Assembly: GCA_036172245.1 (NCBI GenBank)
Contig: JAYWIR010000018.1
Coordinates: 1,612,001-1,676,000, forward strand
Source of the DNA: Raillietiella orientalis
Taxonomy: Eukaryota
Reading direction: 5' to 3'
DNA: 64,000 nt
The first letter of the stretch is position 1, and each line of letters begins with the position of its first letter. The translations under genes were made by a program, and so were the position numbers. This document shows positions 60,701 to 64,000 of this stretch, piece after piece. The notes beneath the pieces are model-generated. The model was not told where the DNA came from. It saw only the letters and a program-made list of their open reading frames with translations, and made no database searches.

Positions 60701-61863
60701 CCCAGAGACGCCTGCGCCTCCACATCACCATCGCGACTCTGGGCAGCTTGCTGGGGGTGGAGAGGCAAAAGCTTGGAAGCAGCAAAGAACAGGGAGGAAA
60801 GCTCCACGGGGAGCAACCTCACAGAGCAGCCGCTCCAAGGTTGCCGTGGAAGCGGGAGGGTGCTCGTGCGGCACCCCTTGCGAGAAGCTGCCGATGATCC
60901 GAATGCTTGGGGACTTCGATCACCATCCTTCCGATGGCTCGTAAACGTCTCTGTCGATGTCTGCGCCAGCAGGTGCTCAGAAGAGTGATTGCTTCGGGAA
61001 CCACTGCCGAGAGACACGAAAATCCGATGCGCCTCCCACGTCAGATCCCGCCCTCAGCGAACACTCTGCAAGTGGAAGTAGGTTTCGGGTTCCTTGCAAA
61101 GAAGAAGAGACGAAGACGTTACCACTACCGAGAGACCGCTCTACCAGGACGTAGCAGTCTGTTCCCGCGTCTTCCTGCAGCTGCTCATTGCAAGAGTCCT
61201 TGGGAAGATCGTTCCTTTGATGATGGAATTGTAGGTCCATCTTGCATTTCTTTTTATTTTCTCCTTTCAGATCTTCCTCAGCACTGAAGGAGGCTGTTAA
61301 ATGACGGATGTTAAAAGGTGGAGGGCGCCCTGTGGGGTTTCCTCGTGGTTGCTAGGGAATACGCCTCCGAACGGGTGCCACGTAAACAGGCGCGATCGGC
61401 ATACTTGGTTCTCTTCGGCTCCCGGTCAGCTGCTGTGATCTCATCAGATCTCACCAGCTGGCCATATTTGCGATACGAACCCAGAATTGGAAACCTCCCT
61501 CTCTTGAGGGCCACCGCTGACTTCTTCCTGGTGCGCTTGCGCAGAAGGCAAACTCTGCGGAGAAAAGGTGCAAAGATTCTATTGGATGGTACCTGCAAGC
61601 ATCGGTCCAAAGTAGAGGGAAGCACAGAGCAGAGATCCGTGACCTTTGAGTTGCGGGAGATGCCCAGAGGAAGACCAGAAGTTCCTAGAAGATGAGCCAA
61701 TCTCCTCTGTGCCACCTTCTTCCAGATGCCATCTTTCAGCAAAGCGGCGCCACGCCCTGAGCCACTGAGAGTTCGAGATTCTCGCCTGGTCGCGCACAAC
61801 CTGCGGTCTGAAAGACAACGGACCCAGAGCTTTCCCACAAGGCTTACCAAGCACACTCCGCGA

Positions 61864-61970
61864 GCCCCGTTGTGGTGGAGGCGCCGGGAGTGAGTGCGGC
61901 ATCTGCTTTCAGGGATAGCCGGAAGAAAGAAGAGGAGGAAAGGAAGAGGAGAAAGGGAGGAAGCAGAAAG
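61864..61970 (+). repeat. ~105-bp dispersed direct repeat, copy 2
   Basis: Matches 57667-57772. Confidence 0.9.
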
Positions 61971-62255
61971 GTCGCAGGTCCGGCAGGTCGCAGGAACTGG
62001 AAGCCGAGGTGTTCTCCGAGTGCCCCTCCCAAGTACTTCGTCGCGTTTCCTCTTGCTGCACCTTGTTGCTCTCCTCCTGCCCGGAGCGCGCGGAACCTCC
62101 CTGGACGCGAAGCTCAGAGGAGCAGATCGTTCGAGCGCGGGGAAGAGTGGCTGCGGCAACATCGCGCAAGTGGCCGTTCAACGCGCCTTGCATACTATTG
62201 CATCTTGCAGCCACCCGTGGAAGGAAGTGCCGCTCGTCGCGGCAAAGATTTGGAC

Positions 62256-62600
62256 TGCCAGTGGTCCCTCGGTGCACACGCACAACTCTACTAATGAATC
62301 CGGTCACGTGAATCAACCTCCAGAAGGGAAACTGCACGCGCGGTGCTAGTCTCCAGGTTGCCACGATACCGAGCAAATGGTAATCCATACGTCTTGCTTA
62401 ATGAACGCATCCCTCCGGCACCTGTAGGAGGAACTATGTCCGCCGTGGAAACGAATTGCCAGTGGTCTCTGGGCACACACAGACGTTAAGAACTCCATTA
62501 ATGAGACTGCCAACGTGAATGAACCTCCGGAGCAAACACGGCACTCGCGCAGTCACCACCGGCCCTCGAGAAAGGGATGGCCACGGTATCGCGCCGCGGA
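62256..62600 (+). repeat. Diverged tandem duplication, period about 200 bp
   Basis: TGCCAGTGGTCCCTCGGTGCACAC..CACGTGAATCAACCTCCAGA from 62256 vs TGCCAGTGGTCTCTGGGCACACAC..AACGTGAATGAACCTCCGGA from 62457. Confidence 0.7.
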
Positions 62601-63723
62601 ATTTCATTATGAAATCTAGCCGGTACTCAGACCGATATCCGTGGACCCCGGCCAAGAGGAATTATTAAGAGGAAGATCGGACCGCCTTCTTCTCTCAGAA
62701 GGAGAAGCTTCGAGATATTGCCAGCACTTCGGACGGCTCGCGTCACTCGCTGGACGGTGGGACCTCCCGCTACTTTCTTCGTCATTGTGCGGTTGCTTCT
62801 GCAGCTCACCGCCGAATCTCCCTCGGGTCCGCCGCTCGTGCCATCGGCGTAGATGCGACCTGAGAGGCCCGGAGGTGGTGGTCAGAAATCGTCGGCAGTG
62901 CAGGATTGATCTGGAATCGATCCAGTGCCGCTGGAACGCGGCGTTTCATTCCGGAACATCCGCAGAGTCTTCTGGCTAGGATCGCCCTTTACGTGTCCTT
63001 CCGTGAGGAAGCTTGCGGCACGATTCGCAGCTTGCGAACCCACGTACATCAGCATCCATCATTTCTGCATCATTTTGGCATTCACGCCAGGAGCACGTTC
63101 GTTAGCACGCCTTCCTGATTTGCAAAGAGACCAAACACCAGCGATGACGTCGATTGTTAGGATGCCGAGATAATCAGCACCGTCGTCCGGCATCGGGCTG
63201 CGAACTTTGCCAGAAGTAGAAATCCGGCAGCCAATCAACGACACGATTAGCAGATCTTATCGCTACCGTGCATGCGTGCTTGCGTTGAAACCATTGCAAG
63301 GCTGCGAGATACGTTTCTCACCATCTTCGCAGCATCTCTTGAGGAAGCCGCGGCTTTGGGAACATCAACCGATGCTTCCGGCCTAGGTCGCGCGACTGGA
63401 GTATCCGAAGCACTTCGTTCTTGAGGTGTGCCGCCCATCGCCTAGAGACGTGCAGCTTTTCCGCCACGCCGTCGCCTGTGATCCCAAGCATCCGACGACG
63501 ACGGCCGTCCGCGCGCTGAGGTGGCGGCTGCTGCTCATTTGGTGGAGGAGAGAAGAGCCGATCTTCGATGTTTGCTCCCTTCCTGCCGTCTGGAACGAGG
63601 CGCGCCAGGTACAGCTGACCCAAGCGCCCTACCACGTGGACTTCTCCGCTGAGACAGGCTGGTTTTACACCAGCTTGCGCCGGGGCGTTTATTTATAAAA
63701 AAAAAAAAATAAACATACAGGTC

Positions 63724-63781
63724 TGTGGCAGCACCAAGCGTGCTGCCAAGACCTCATGTGGCAGCACCAAGCGTGCTGCCA
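63724..63781. repeat. Two identical 25-bp palindromic units separated by 8 nt
   Basis: TGTGGCAGCACCAAGCGTGCTGCCA-AGACCTCA-TGTGGCAGCACCAAGCGTGCTGCCA. Each unit has a 9-bp stem (TGGCAGCAC/GTGCTGCCA) and a 5-nt loop. Confidence 0.95.
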
Positions 63782-64000
63782 CGTTACATATACATACCAA
63801 AAGGAACCTGACGAGAACGGGCACATAGACCGGCAAGGTTCGCCTCGGCAGCAGAGGGGAGGGGGGGCAGACAAAGAAAGGAAAAGAAAACCAAAAATAC
63901 AAAAAATTGAGAGGGTGGTGGGAATTCTTCGTGAAGACCTCATGTGCGGGCTCCCGGTGTTCTTAGACAGATGCACCTCTTCCTCCAGTGGAAGGAGTCG

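Larger units (their letters stand above)
60600..63915 (+). mobile_element. Decayed DIRS-like relic (RT, RNase H, YR tail, 3' region); gag-like sequence may extend upstream to about 57400
   Basis: ALWGFLVVARE in ORF 61318 sits at the YLDDFLVxA position. QWSLG..HVNQPPE at about 62260-62325 (cf. GxWS..HINxLE). EEPIFDVCSLPAVW..APYHVDFS in ORF 63426 (cf. GVPLEDICRAAxW..RFYRLDV). Confidence 0.45.

Noticed and set aside
60900..60988. WGLRSPSFRWLVNVSVDVCASR as a DIRS methyltransferase-like VDLFAS motif
   Set aside because: It precedes the RT-like motifs instead of following RNase H, so it is unsupported without an HMM hit.
63724..63781. CRISPR array (palindromic 25-bp direct repeats)
   Set aside because: Only two units, an 8-nt spacer, no cas genes, and a eukaryote-like TE context.

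Overview
Gene-free, eukaryote-like DNA: roughly 50-55% GC, CpG not obviously depleted, many poly(A)/poly(T) runs and microsatellites. I found no intact protein-coding gene, operon, rRNA or CRISPR array. Most ORFs in the track are spurious or are frame fragments of dead retroelements. Reading motifs across frames, the window is a graveyard of heavily decayed retrotransposons: about 11 Ty3/Gypsy gag-pol relics and about 4 DIRS-type (tyrosine-recombinase) relics. About 13 of these 15 lie on the + strand. A ~650-bp tRNA-headed SINE-like family occurs at 7 positions (3 copies retain the head). Two long, near-identical inverted duplications overlay this old material: 10377-12205 vs 23699-25527 (1829 bp) and 46449-47857 vs 49840-51248 (1409 bp). 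Both cut across unrelated decayed elements, and the first has a strongly GC-enriched core with a 22-bp perfect hairpin. Several short near-perfect fold-back hairpins also occur. Repeat coordinates were read directly from the sequence. Retroelement calls are by-eye matches to degenerate motifs, with approximate boundaries, and need HMM confirmation.
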